Origin: Eledone cirrhosa
Taxonomy: Eukaryota
Reading direction: 5' to 3'
Length of the DNA: 64,000 nt
NCBI GenBank assembly: GCA_964016885.1
Contig: OZ024740.1
Coordinates: 41,044,001 to 41,108,000, forward strand
Within the stretch, counting starts at the first letter, position 1; each line of letters opens with the position of its first letter. Below are positions 1 to 15,000 of the stretch, in pieces. The position numbers and the translations under genes are program-made. The notes beneath the pieces are model-generated. The model ran no database searches. It was not told the origin of the DNA and saw nothing but the letters and a program-made list of their open reading frames with translations.

Positions 1-3000
1 TACACTGTATCTTAAGTTACTGTCTATGTAATGTCTTGTTACACTGTATCTTAAGGTACTGTCTATATAATGTCTTGTTACACTGTATCTTAAGGTACTG
101 TCTATATAATGTCTTGTTACACTGTATCTTAAGGTACTGTCTATATAATGTCTTGTTACACTGTATCTTAAGGTACTGTCTATATAATCTCTTGTTACAC
201 TGTATCTTAAGGTACTGTCTATATAATGTCTTGTTACACTGTATCTTAAGGTACTGTCTATATAATGTCTTGTTACACTGTATCTTAAGGTACTGTCTAT
301 ATAATGTCTTGTTACACTGTATCTTAAGGTACTGTCTATATAATGTCTTGTTACACTGTATCTTAAGGTACTGTCTATATAATGTCTTGTTACACTGTAT
401 CTTAAGGTACTGTCTATATAATGTCTTGTTACATTGTATCTTAAGGTACTGTCTACATAATGTCTTGTTAATCTGTATCTTAAGGTATTGTCTATATAAT
501 GTCTTGTTACACTGTATCTTAAGGTATTGTCTATATAATGTCTTGTTACACTGTATCTTAAGTTACTGTCTATGTAATGTCTTGTTACACTGTATCTTAA
601 GGTATTGTCTATATAATGTCTTGTTACACTGTATCTTAAGGTACTGTCTATATAATGTCTTGTTACACTGTATCTTAAGGTATTGTCTATATAATGTCTT
701 GTTACACTGTATCATAAGGTATTGTCTATATAATGTCTTGTTACACTGTATCTTAAGGTACTGTCTATATAATGTCTTGTTACACTGTATCTTAAGGTAC
801 TGTCTATATAATGTCTTGTTACACTGTATCTTAAGGTAGTGTATATATAATGTCTTGTTACACTGTATCTTAAGGTACTGTCTATATAATGTCTTGTTAC
901 ACTATATCTTAAGGTACTGTCTATATAATGTCTTGTTACACTGTATCTTAAGGTATTGTATATATAATGTCTTGTTACACTGTATCTTAAGGTACTGTTT
1001 ATATAATGTCTTGTTACATTGTATCTTAAGGTATTGTCTATATAATGCCTTGTTACACTGTATCTTAAGGTACTGTCTATATAATGTCTTGTTACACTGT
1101 ATCTTAAGGTACTGTCTATATAATGTCTTGTTACACTGTATCTTAAGGTACTGTCTATATAATGTCTTGTTACACTGTATCTTAAGGTACTGTCTATATA
1201 ATGTCTTGTTACACTGTATCTTAAGGTACTGTCTATATAATGTCTTGTTACATTGTATCTTAAGGTACTGTCTACATAATGTTTTGTTAATCTGTATCTT
1301 AAGGTATTGTCTATATAATGTCTTGTTACACTGTATCTTAAGGTATTGTCTATATAATGTCTTGTTACACTGTATCTTAAGTTACTGTCTATGTAATGTC
1401 TTGTTACACTGTATCTTAAGGTATTGTCTATATAATGTCTTGTTACACTGTATCTTAAGGTACTGTCTATATAATGTCTTGTTACACTGTATCTTAAGGT
1501 ATTGTCTATATAATGTCTTGTTACACTGTATCTTAAGGTATTGTCTATATAATGTCTTGTTACACTGTATCTTAAGGTACTGTCTATATAATGTCTTGTT
1601 ACACTGTATCTTAAGGTACTGTCTATATAATGTCTTGTTACACTGTATCTTAAGGTATTGTATATATAATGTCTTGTTACACTGTATCTTAAGGTACTGT
1701 CTATATAATGTCTTGTTACACTATATCTTAAGGTACTGTCTATATAATGTCTTGTTACACTGTATCTTAAGGTATTGTATATATAATGTCTTGTTACACT
1801 GTATCTTAAGGTACTGTTTATATAATGTCTTGTTACATTGTATCTTAAGGTATTGTCTATATAATGCCTTGTTACACTGTATCTTAAGGTACTCTCTATA
1901 TAATGTCTTGTTACACTGTACCTTAAGATACTGTCTATATAATGTCTTGTTATACTGTATCTTAAGGTACTGTCTATATAATGTCTTGTTACACTGTATC
2001 TTAAGGTATTGTCCACATAATGTCTTGTTACACTGTATCTTAGGGTACTGTCTGTATAATGTCTTGTTACACTGTATCTTAAGGTACGTTTTACATAATG
2101 TCTTGTTACACTGTATCTTAAGGTACTGTCTATATAATGTCTTGTTACACTGTATCTTAAGGTACTGTCTATATAATGCCTTGTTACACTGTATCTTAAG
2201 GTATTGTCTATATAATGCCTTGTTACACTGTATCTTAGGGTACTGTCTATATAATGTCTTGTTACACTGTATCTTAAGGTACTGTCTATATAATGTCTTG
2301 TTACACTGTATCTTAAGGTACTGTCTATATAATGTCTTGTTACACTGTATCTTAAGGTAATGTCTATGTAATGTCTTGTTACACTGTATCTTAAGGTACT
2401 GTCTATATAATGTCTTGTTACACTGTATCTTAAGCTACTGTCTATATAATGCCTTGTTACACTGTATCTTAAGGTATTGTCTATATAATGCCTTGTTACA
2501 CTGTATCTTAGGGTACTGTCTATATAATGTCTTGTTACACTGTATCTTAGGGTACTGTCTATGTAATGTCTTGTTACACTGTATCTTAAGGTACGTTTTA
2601 CATAATGTCTTGTTACACTGTATCTTAAGGTACTGTCTATATAATGTCTTGTTACACTGTATCTTAAGGTACTGTCTATATAATGCCTTGTTACACTGTA
2701 TCTTAAGGTATTGTCTATATAATGCCTTGTTACACTGTATCTTAGGGTACTGTCTATATAATGTCTTGTTACACTGTATCTTAAGGTACTGTCTATATAA
2801 TGTCTTGTTACACTGTATCTTAAGGTACTGTCTATATAATGTCTTGTTACACTGTATCTTAAGGTAATGTCTATGTAATGTCTTGTTACACTGTATCTTA
2901 AGGTACTGTCTATATAATGTCTTGTTACACTGTATCTTAAGGTATTGTCTATATAATGTCTTGTTACACTGTATCTTAAGGTATTGTCTATATAATGCCT

Positions 3001-6000
3001 TGTTACACTGTATCTTAGGGTACTGTCTATATAATGTCTTGTTACACTGTATCTTAGGGTACTGTCTATATAATGTCTTGTTACACTGTATCTTAAGGTA
3101 CTGTCTATATAATGTCTTGTTACACTGTATCTTAAGGTACTGTCTATATAATGTCTTGTTACATTGTATCTTAATGTACTGTCTATATAATGTCTTGTTA
3201 CACTGTATCTTAAGGTACTGTCTATATAATGTCTTGTTACACTGTATCTTAAGGTACTGTCTATATAATGTCTTGTTACACTGTATCTTAAGGTACTGTC
3301 TATATAATGTCTTGTTACACTGTATCTTAAGGTACTGTCTATATAATGTCTTGTTACACTGTATCTTAAGGTACTGTCTACATAATGTCTTGTTACACTG
3401 TATCTTAAGGTACTGTCTATATAATGTCTTGTTACACTGTATCTTAAGGTACTGTCTATATAATGTCTTGTTACATTGTATCTTAAGGTACTGTCTACAT
3501 AATGTCTTGTTAATCTGTATCTTAAGGTATTGTCTATATAATGTCTTGTTACACTGTATCTTAAGGTATTGTCTATATAATGTCTTGTTACACTGTATCT
3601 TAAGTTACTGTCTATGTAATGTCTTGTTACACTGTATCTTAAGGTATTGTCTATATAATGTCTTGTTACACTGTATCTTAAGGTACTGTCTATATAATGT
3701 CTTGTTCCACTGTATCTTAAGGTATTGTCTATATAATGTCTTGTTACACTGTATCTTAAGGTATTGTCTATATAATGTCTTGTTACACTGTATCTTAAGG
3801 TACTGTCTATATAATGTCTTGTTACACTGTATCTTAAGGTACTGTCTATATAATGTCTTGTTACACTGTATCTTAAGGTATTGTATATATAATGTCTTGT
3901 TACACTGTATCTTAAGGTACTGTCTATATAATGTCTTGTTACACTATATCTTAAGGTACTGTCTATATAATGTCTTGTTACACTGTATCTTAAGGTATTG
4001 TATATATAATGTCTTGTTACACTGTATCTTAAGGTACTGTTTATATAATGTCTTGTTACATTGTATCTTAAGGTATTGTCTATATAATGCCTTGTTACAC
4101 TGTATCTTAAGGTACTCTCTATATAATGTCTTGTTACACTGTATCTTAAGATACTGTCTATATAATGTCTTGTTATACTGTATCTTAAGGTACTGTCTAT
4201 ATAATGTCTTGTTACACTGTATCTTAAGGTATTGTCCACATAATGTCTTGTTACACTGTATCTTAGGGTACTGTCTGTATAATGTCTTGTTACACTGTAT
4301 CTTAAGGTACGTTTTACATAATGTCTTGTTACACTGTATCTTAAGGTACTGTCTATATAATGTCTTGTTACACTGTATCTTAAGGTACTGTCTATATAAT
4401 GCCTTGTTACACTGTATCTTAAGGTATTGTCTATATAATGCCTTGTTACACTGTATCTTAGGGTACTGTCTATATAATGTCTTGTTACACTGTATCTTAA
4501 GGTACTGTCTGTATAATGTCTTGTTACACTGTATCTTAAGGTACTGTCTATATAATGTCTTGTTACACTGTATCTTAAGGTACTGTCTATATAATGCCTT
4601 GTTACACTGTATCTTAAGGTATTGTCTATATAATGCCTTGTTACACTGTATCTTAGGGTACTGTCTATATAATGTCTTGTTACACTGTATCTTAAGGTAC
4701 TGTCTGTATAATGTCTTGTTACACTGTATCTTAAGGTAATGTCTATATAATGTCTTGTTACACTGTATCTTAAGGTATTGTCTATATAATGTCTTGTTAC
4801 ACTGTATCTTAATGTATTGTCTATATAATGTCTTGTTACACTGTATCTTAAGGTACTGTCTATATAATGTCTTGTTACACAGTATCTTAAGGTACTGTCT
4901 ATATAATGTCTTGTTACACTGTATCTTAATGTATTGTCTATATAATGTCTTGTTACACTGTATCTTAAGGTACTGTCTATATAATGTCTTGTTACACTGT
5001 ATCTTAAGGTACTGTCAATATAATGTCTTGTTACACTGTATCTTAAGGTACTGTCTATATAATGTCTTGTTACACTGTATCTTAAGATACTGTCTATATA
5101 ATGTCTTGTTACACTGTATCTTAAGGTACTGTCTATATAATGTCTTGTTACACTGTATCTTAAGGTATTGTCTATATAATGTCTTGTTACACTGTATCTT
5201 AAGGTACTGTCTATATAATGTCTTGTTACACTGTATCTTAAGGTACTGTCTATATAATGTCTTGTTACACTGTATCTGAAGGTACTGTCTACATAATGTC
5301 TTGTTACACTGTATCTTAAGGTACTGTCTATATAATGTCTTGTTACACTGTATCTTAAGGTATTGTTTATATAATGTCTTGTTATACTGTATCTTAAGGT
5401 ACTGTCTATATGTCTTGTTACACTGTATCTTAAGGTACTGTCTATATAATGTCTTGTTACACTGTATCTTAAGGTACTGTCTATATAATGTCTTGTTACA
5501 CTGTATCTTAAGGTACTGTCTATATAATGTCTTGTTACACTGTATCTTAAGGTACTGTCTATATAATGTCTTGTTACACAGTATCTTAAGGTACTGTCTA
5601 TATAATGTCTTGTTAATCTGTATCTTAAGGTATTGTCTATATAATGTCTTGTTACACTGTATCTTAAGGTACTGTCTGTATAATGTCTTGTTACACTGTA
5701 TCTTAAGGTAATGTCTATATAATGTCTTGTTACACTGTATCTTAAGGTATTGTCTATATAATGTCTTGTTACACTGTATCTTAATGTATTGTCTATATAA
5801 TGTCTTGTTACACTGTATCTTAAGGTACTGTCTATATAATGTCTTGTTACACTGTATCTTAAGTTACTGTCTATATAATGTCTTGTTACACTGTATCTTA
5901 ATGTATTGTCTATATAATGTCTTGTTACACTGTATCTTAAGGTACTGTCTATATAATGTCTTGTTACACTGTATCTTAAGGTACTGTCTATATAATGTCT

Positions 6001-9000
6001 TGTTACACTGTATCTTAAGGTATTGTTTATATAATGTCTTGTTATACTGTATCTTAAGGTACTGTCTATATAATGTCTTGTTACACTGTATCTTAAGGTA
6101 CTGTCTATATAATGTCTTGTTACACTGTATCTTAAGGTAATGTCTATATAATGTCTTGTTACACTGTATCTTAAGGTAATGTCTATATAATGTCTTGTTA
6201 CACTGTATCTTAAGGTACTGTCTATATAATGTCTTGTTACACTGTATCTTAAGGTACTGTCTATATAATGTTTTGTTCCACTGTATCTTAAGGTACTGTC
6301 TATATAATGTCTTGTTACACTGTATCTTAAGGTAATGTCTATATAATGTCTTGTTACACTGTATCTTAAGGTACTGTCTACATAATGTCTTGTTACACTG
6401 TATCTTAAGTTACTGTCTATATAATGTCTTGTTACACTGTATCTTAAGGTACTGTCTATATAATGTCTTGTTAATCTGTATCTTAAGGTATTGTCTATAT
6501 AATGTCTTGTTACACTGTATCTTAAGGTACTGTCTGTATAATGTCTTGTTACACTGTATCTTAAGGTAATGTCTATATAATGTCTTGTTACACTGTATCT
6601 TAAGGTACTGTCTACATAATGTCTTGTTACACTGTATCTTAAGTTACTGTCTATATAATGTCTTGTTACACTGTATCTTAAGGTACTGTCTATATAATGT
6701 CTTGTTAATCTGTATCTTAAGGTATTGTCTATATAATGTCTTGTTACACTGTATCTTAAGGTACTGTCTGTATAATGTCTTGTTACACTGTATCTTAAGG
6801 TAATGTCTATATAATGTCTTGTTACACTGTATCTTAAGGTATTGTCTATATAATGTCTTGTTACACTGTATCTTAATGTATTGTCTATATAATGTCTTGT
6901 TACACTGTATCTTAAGGTACTGTCTATATAATGTCTTGTTACACTGTATCTTAAGGTACTGTCTATATAATGTTTTGTTACACTGTATCTTAATGTATTG
7001 TCTATATAATGTCTTGTTACACTGTATCTTAAGGTACTGTCTATATAATGTCTTGTTACACTGTATCTTAAGTTACTGTCTATATAATGTCTTGTTACAC
7101 TGTATCTTAAGTTACTGTCTATATAATGTCTTGTTACACTGTATCTTAAGGTACTGTCTATATAATGTCTTGTTAATCTGTATCTTAAGGTATTGTCTAT
7201 ATAATGTCTTGTTACACTGTATCTTAAGGTACTGTCTATATAATGCCTTGTTACACTGTATCTTAAGGTACTGTCTATATAATGCCTTGTTACACTGTAT
7301 CTTAAGGTATTGTCTATATAATGTCTTGTTACACTGTATCTTAAGGTATTGTCTATATAATGTCTTGTTACACTGTATCTTAGGGTATTGTCTATATAAT
7401 GTCTTGTTACACTGTATCTTAAGGTACTGTCTGTATAATGTCTTGTTACACTGTATCTTAAGGTATTGTCTATATAATATCTTGTTACACTGTATCTTAA
7501 GTTACTGTCTATGTAATGTCTTGTTACACTGTATCTTAAGGTACTGTCTATATAATGTCTTGTTACACTGTATCTTAAGGTACTGTCTATATAATGTCTT
7601 GTTACACTGTATCTTAAGGTACTGTCTATATAATCTCTTGTTGCACTGTATCTTAAGGTACTGTCTATATAATGTCTTGTTACACTGTATCTTAAGGTAC
7701 TGTCTATATGTCTTGTTACACTGTATCTTAAGGTACTGTCTATATAATGTCTTGTTACACTGTATCTTAAGGTACTGTCTATATAATGTCTTGTTACACT
7801 GTATCTTAAGGTACTGTCTATATAATGTCTTGTTACACTGTATCTTAAGGTACTGTCTATATAATGTCTTGTTACACTGTATCTTAAGGTACTGTCTACA
7901 TAATGTCTTGTTAATCTGTATCTTAAGGTATTGTCTATATAATGTCTTGTTACACTGTATCTTAAGGTATTGTCTATATAATGTCTTGTTACACTGTATC
8001 TTAAGTTACTGTCTATGTAATGTCTTGTTACACTGTATCTTAAGGTATTGTCTATATAATGTCTTGTTACACTGTATCTTAAGGTACTGTCTATATAATG
8101 TCTTGTTACACTGTATCTTAAGTTACTGTCTATATAATGTCTTGTTACACTGTATCTTAAGGTACTGTCTATATAATGTCTTGTTAATCTGTATCTTAAG
8201 GTATTGTCTATATAATGTCTTGTTACACTGTATCTTAAGGTACTGTCTATATAATGTCTTGTTACACTGTATCTTAAGGTACTGTCTATATAATGCCTTG
8301 TTACACTGTATCTTAAGGTATTGTCTATATAATGTCTTGTTACACTGTATCTTAGGGTATTGTCTATATAATGTCTTGTTACACTGTATCTTAAGGTACT
8401 GTCTGTATAATGTCTTGTTACACTGTATCTTAAGGTATTGTCTATATAATATCTTGTTACACTGTATCTTAAGTTACTGTCTATGTAATGTCTTGTTACA
8501 CTGTATCTTAAGGTACTGTCTATATAATGTCTTGTTACACTGTATCTTAAGGTACTGTCTATATAATGTCTTGTTACACTGTATCTTAAGGTACTGTCTA
8601 TATAATGTCTTGTTACACTGTATCTTAAGGTACTGTCTATATAATCTCTTGTTACACTGTATCTTAAGGTACTGTCTATATAATGTCTTGTTACACTGTA
8701 TCTTAAGGTACTGTCTATATAATGTCTTGTTACACTGTATCTTAAGGTACTGTCTATATAATGTCTTGTTACACTGTATCTTAAGGTACTGTCTATATAA
8801 TGTCTTGTTACACTGTATCTTAAGGTACTGTCTATATAATGTCTTGTTACACTGTATCTTAAGGTACTGTCTATATAATGTCTTGTTACATTGTATCTTA
8901 AGGTACTGTCTACATAATGTCTTGTTAATCTGTATCTTAAGGTATTGTCTATATAATGTCTTGTTACACTGTATCTTAAGGTATTGTCTATATAATGTCT

Positions 9001-12000
9001 TGTTACACTGTATCTTAAGTTACTGTCTATGTAATGTCTTGTTACACTGTATCTTAAGGTATTGTCTATATAATGTCTTGTTACACTGTATCTTAAGGTA
9101 CTGTCTATATAATGTCTTGTTACACTGTATCTTAAGGTATTGTCTATATAATGTCTTGTTACACTGTATCATAAGGTATTGTCTATATAATGTCTTGTTA
9201 CACTGTATCTTAAGGTACTGTCTATATAATGTCTTGTTACACTGTATCTTAAGGTACTGTCTATATAATGTCTTGTTACACTGTATCTTAAGGTAGTGTA
9301 TATATAATGTCTTGTTACACTGTATCTTAAGGTACTGTCTATATAATGTCTTGTTACACTATATCTTAAGGTACTGTCTATATAATGTCTTGTTACACTG
9401 TATCTTAAGGTATTGTATATATAATGTCTTGTTACACTGTATCTTAAGGTACTGTTTATATAATGTCTTGTTACATTGTATCTTAAGGTATTGTCTATAT
9501 AATGCCTTGTTACACTGTATCTTAAGGTACTGTCTATATAATGTCTTGTTACACTGTATCTTAAGGTACTGTCTATATAATGTCTTGTTACACTGTATCT
9601 TAAGGTACTGTCTATATAATGTCTTGTTACACTGTATCTTAAGGTACTGTCTATATAATGTCTTGTTACACTGTATCTTAAGGTACTGTCTATATAATGT
9701 CTTGTTACATTGTATCTTAAGGTACTGTCTACATAATGTCTTGTTAATCTGTATCTTAATGTATTGTCTATATAATGTCTTGTTACACTGTATCTTAAGG
9801 TATTGTCTATATAATGTCTTGTTACACTGTATCTTAAGTTACTGTCTATGTAATGTCTTGTTACACTGTATCTTAAGGTATTGTCTATATAATGTCTTGT
9901 TACACTGTATCTTAAGGTACTGTCTATATAATGTCTTGTTACACTGTATCTTAAGGTATTGTCTATATAATGTCTTGTTACACTGTATCTTAAGGTACTG
10001 TCTATATAATGTCTTGTTACACTGTATCTTAAGGTACTGTCTATATAATGTCTTGTTACACTGTATCTTAAGGTATTGTATATATAATGTCTTGTTACAC
10101 TGTATCTTAAGGTACTGTCTATATAATGTCTTGTTACACTATATCTTAAGGTACTGTCTATATAATGTCTTGTTACACTGTATCTTAAGGTATTGTATAT
10201 ATAATGTCTTGTTACACTGTATCTTAAGGTACTGTTTATATAATGTCTTGTTACATTGTATCTTAAGGTATTGTCTATATAATGCCTTGTTACACTGTAT
10301 CTTAAGGTACTCTCTATATAATGTCTTGTTACACTGTATCTTAAGATACTGTCTATATAATGTCTTGTTATACTGTATCTTAAGGTACTGTCTATATAAT
10401 GTCTTGTTACACTGTATCTTAAGGTATTGTCCACATAATGTCTTGTTACACTGTATCTTAGGGTACTGTCTGTATAATGTCTTGTTACACTGTATCTTAA
10501 GGTACGTTTTACATAATGTCTTGTTACACTGTATCTTAAGGTACTGTCTATATAATGTCTTGTTACACTGTATCTTAAGGTACTGTCTATATAATGCCTT
10601 GTTACACTGTATCTTAAGGTATTGTCTATATAATGCCTTGTTACACTGTATCTTAGGGTACTGTCTATATAATGTCTTGTTACACTGTATCTTAAGGTAC
10701 TGTCTATATAATGTCTTGTTACACTGTATCTTAAGGTACTGTCTATATAATGTCTTGTTACACTGTATCTTAAGGTAATGTCTATGTAATGTCTTGTTAC
10801 ACTGTATCTTAAGGTACTGTCTATATAATGTCTTGTTACACTGTATCTTAAGCTACTGTCTATATAATGCCTTGTTACACTGTATCTTAAGGTATTGTCT
10901 ATATAATGCCTTGTTACACTGTATCTTAGGGTACTGTCTATATAATGTCTTGTTACACTGTATCTTAGGGTACTGTCTATGTAATGTCTTGTTACACTGT
11001 ATCTTAAGGTACGTTTTACATAATGTCTTGTTACACTGTATCTTAAGGTACTGTCTATATAATGTCTTGTTACACTGTATCTTAAGGTACTGTCTATATA
11101 ATGCCTTGTTACACTGTATCTTAAGGTATTGTCTATATAATGCCTTGTTACACTGTATCTTAGGGTACTGTCTATATAATGTCTTGTTACACTGTATCTT
11201 AAGGTACTGTCTATATAATGTCTTGTTACACTGTATCTTAAGGTACTGTCTATATAATGTCTTGTTACACTGTATCTTAAGGTAATGTCTATGTAATGTC
11301 TTGTTACACTGTATCTTAAGGTACTGTCTATATAATGTCTTGTTACACTGTATCTTAAGGTATTGTCTATATAATGTCTTGTTACACTGTATCTTAAGGT
11401 ATTGTCTATATAATGCCTTGTTACACTGTATCTTAGGGTACTGTCTATATAATGTCTTGTTACACTGTATCTTAGGGTACTGTCTATATAATGTCTTGTT
11501 ACACTGTATCTTAAGGTACTGTCTATATAATGTCTTGTTACACTGTATCTTAAGGTACTGTCTATATAATGTCTTGTTACATTGTATCTTAATGTACTGT
11601 CTATATAATGTCTTGTTACACTGTATCTTAAGGTACTGTCTATATAATGTCTTGTTACACTGTATCTTAAGGTACTGTCTATATAATGTCTTGTTACACT
11701 GTATCTTAAGGTACTGTCTATATAATGTCTTGTTACACTGTATCTTAAGGTACTGTTTATATAATGTCTTGTTACACTGTATCTTAAGGTACTGTCTACA
11801 TAATGTCTTGTTACACTGTATCTTAAGGTACTGTCTATATAATGTCTTGTTACACTGTATCTTAAGGTACTGTCTATATAATGTCTTGTTACATTGTATC
11901 TTAAGGTACTGTCTACATAATGTCTTGTTAATCTGTATCTTAAGGTATTGTCTATATAATGTCTTGTTACACTGTATCTTAAGGTATTGTCTATATAATG

Positions 12001-15000
12001 TCTTGTTACACTGTATCTTAAGTTACTGTCTATTTAATGTCTTGTTACACTGTATCTTAAGGTATTGTCTATATAATGTCTTGTTACACTGTATCTTAAG
12101 GTACTGTCTATATAATGTCTTGTTCCACTGTATCTTAAGGTATTGTCTATATAATGTCTTGTTACACTGTATCTTAAGGTATTGTCTATATAATGTCTTG
12201 TTACACTGTATCTTAAGGTACTGTCTATATAATGTCTTGTTACACTGTATCTTAAGGTACTGTCTATATAATGTCTTGTTACACTGTATCTTAAGGTATT
12301 GTATATATAATGTCTTGTTACACTGTATCTTAAGGTACTGTCTATATAATGTCTTGTTACACTATATCTTAAGGTACTGTCTATATAATGTCTTGTTACA
12401 CTGTATCTTAAGGTATTGTATATATAATGTCTTGTTACACTGTATCTTAAGGTACTGTTTATATAATGTCTTGTTACATTGTATCTTAAGGTATTGTCTA
12501 TATAATGCCTTGTTACACTGTATCTTAAGGTACTCTCTATATAATGTCTTGTTACACTGTATCTTAAGATACTGTCTATATAATGTCTTGTTATACTGTA
12601 TCTTAAGGTACTGTCTATATAATGTCTTGTTACACTGTATCTTAAGGTATTGTCCACATAATGTCTTGTTACACTGTATCTTAGGGTACTGTCTGTATAA
12701 TGTCTTGTTACACTGTATCTTAAGGTACGTTTTACATAATGTCTTGTTACACTGTATCTTAAGGTACTGTCTATATAATGTCTTGTTACACTGTATCTTA
12801 AGGTACTGTCTATATAATGCCTTGTTACACTGTATCTTAAGGTATTGTCTATATAATGCCTTGTTACACTGTATCTTAGGGTACTGTCTATATAATGTCT
12901 TGTTACACTGTATCTTAAGGTACTGTCTATATAATGTCTTGTTACACTGTATCTTAAGGTACTGTCTATATAATGTCTTGTTACACTGTATCTAAAGGTA
13001 CTGTCTATGTAATGTCTTGTTACACTGTATCTTAAGGTACTGTCTATATAATGTCTTGTTACACTGTATCTTAAGGTACTGTCTATATAATGCCTTGTTA
13101 CACTGTATCTTAAGGTATTGTCTATATAATGCCTTGTTACACTGTATCTTAGGGTACTGTCTATATAATGTCTTGTTACACTGTATCTTAGGGTACTGTC
13201 TATGTAATGTCTTGTTACACTGTATCTTAAGGTACTGTCTATATAATGTCTTGTTACACTGTATCTTAAGGTACTGTCTATATAATGTCTTGTTACATTG
13301 TATCTTAATGTACTGTCTATATAATGTCTTGTTACACTGTATCTTAAGGTACTGTCTATATAATGTCTTGTTACACTGTATCTTAAGGTACTGTCTATAT
13401 AATGTCTTGTTACACTGTATCTTAAGGTACTGTCTATATAATGTCTTGTTACACTGTATCTTAAGGTACTGTCTATATAATGTCTTGTTATACTGTATCT
13501 TAAGGTACTGTCTATATAATGTCTTGTTACACTGTATCTTAAGGTATTGTCCACATAATGTCTTGTTACACTGTATCTTAGGGTACTGTCTGTATAATGT
13601 CTTGTTACACTGTATCTTAAGGTACGTTTTACATAATGTCTTGTTACACTGTATCTTAAGGTACTGTCTATATAATGTCTTGTTACACTGTATCTTAAGG
13701 TACTGTCTATATAATGCCTTGTTACACTGTATCTTAAGGTATTGTCTATATAATGCCTTGTTACACTGTATCTTAGGGTACTGTCTATATAATGTCTTGT
13801 TACACTGTATCTTAAGGTACTGTCTATATAATGTCTTGTTACACTGTATCTTAAGGTACTGTCTATATAATGTCTTGTTACACTGTATCTAAAGGTACTG
13901 TCTATGTAATGTCTTGTTACACTGTATCTTAAGGTACTGTCTATATAATGTCTTGTTACACTGTATCTTAAGGTACTGTCTATATAATGCCTTGTTACAC
14001 TGTATCTTAAGGTATTGTCTATATAATGCCTTGTTACACTGTATCTTAGGGTACTGTCTATATAATGTCTTGTTACACTGTATCTTAGGGTACTGTCTAT
14101 GTAATGTCTTGTTACACTGTATCTTAAGGTACTGTCTATATAATGTCTTGTTACACTGTATCTTAAGGTACTGTCTATATAATGTCTTGTTACATTGTAT
14201 CTTAATGTACTGTCTATATAATGTCTTGTTACACTGTATCTTAAGGTACTGTCTATATAATGTCTTGTTACACTGTATCTTAAGGTACTGTCTATATAAT
14301 GTCTTGTTACACTGTATCTTAAGGTACTGTCTATATAATGTCTTGTTACACTGTATCTTAAGGTACTGTCTATATAATGTCTTGTTACACTGTATCTTAA
14401 GGTACTGTCTACATAATGTCTTGTTAATCTGTATCTTAAGGTATTGTCTATATAATGTCTTGTTACACTGTATCTTAAGGTACTGTCTACATAATGTCTT
14501 GTTACACTGTATCTTAAGGTACTGTCTACATAATGTCTTGTTACACTGTATCTTAAGTTACTGTCTATGTAATGTCTTGTTACACTGTATCTTAAGGTAC
14601 TGTCTATATAATGTCTTGTTACACTGTATCTTAAGGTACTGTCTACATAATGTCTTGTTACACTGTATCTTAAGGTACTGTCTATATAATGTCTTGTTAC
14701 ACTGTATCTTAAGGTACTGTCTACATAATGTCTTGTTACACTGTATCTTAAGGTACTGTCTATATAATGTCTTGTTACACTGTATCTTAAGGTACTGTCT
14801 ACATAATGTCTTGTTACACTGTATCTTAAGGTACTGTCTACATAATATCTTGTTACACTGTATCTTAAATTACTGTCTATGTAATGTCTTGTTACACTGT
14901 ATCTTAATGTACTGTCTATATAATGTCTTGTTACACTGTATCTTAAGGTACTGTCTATATAATGTCTTGTTACACTGTAACTTAAGGTACTGTCTATATA

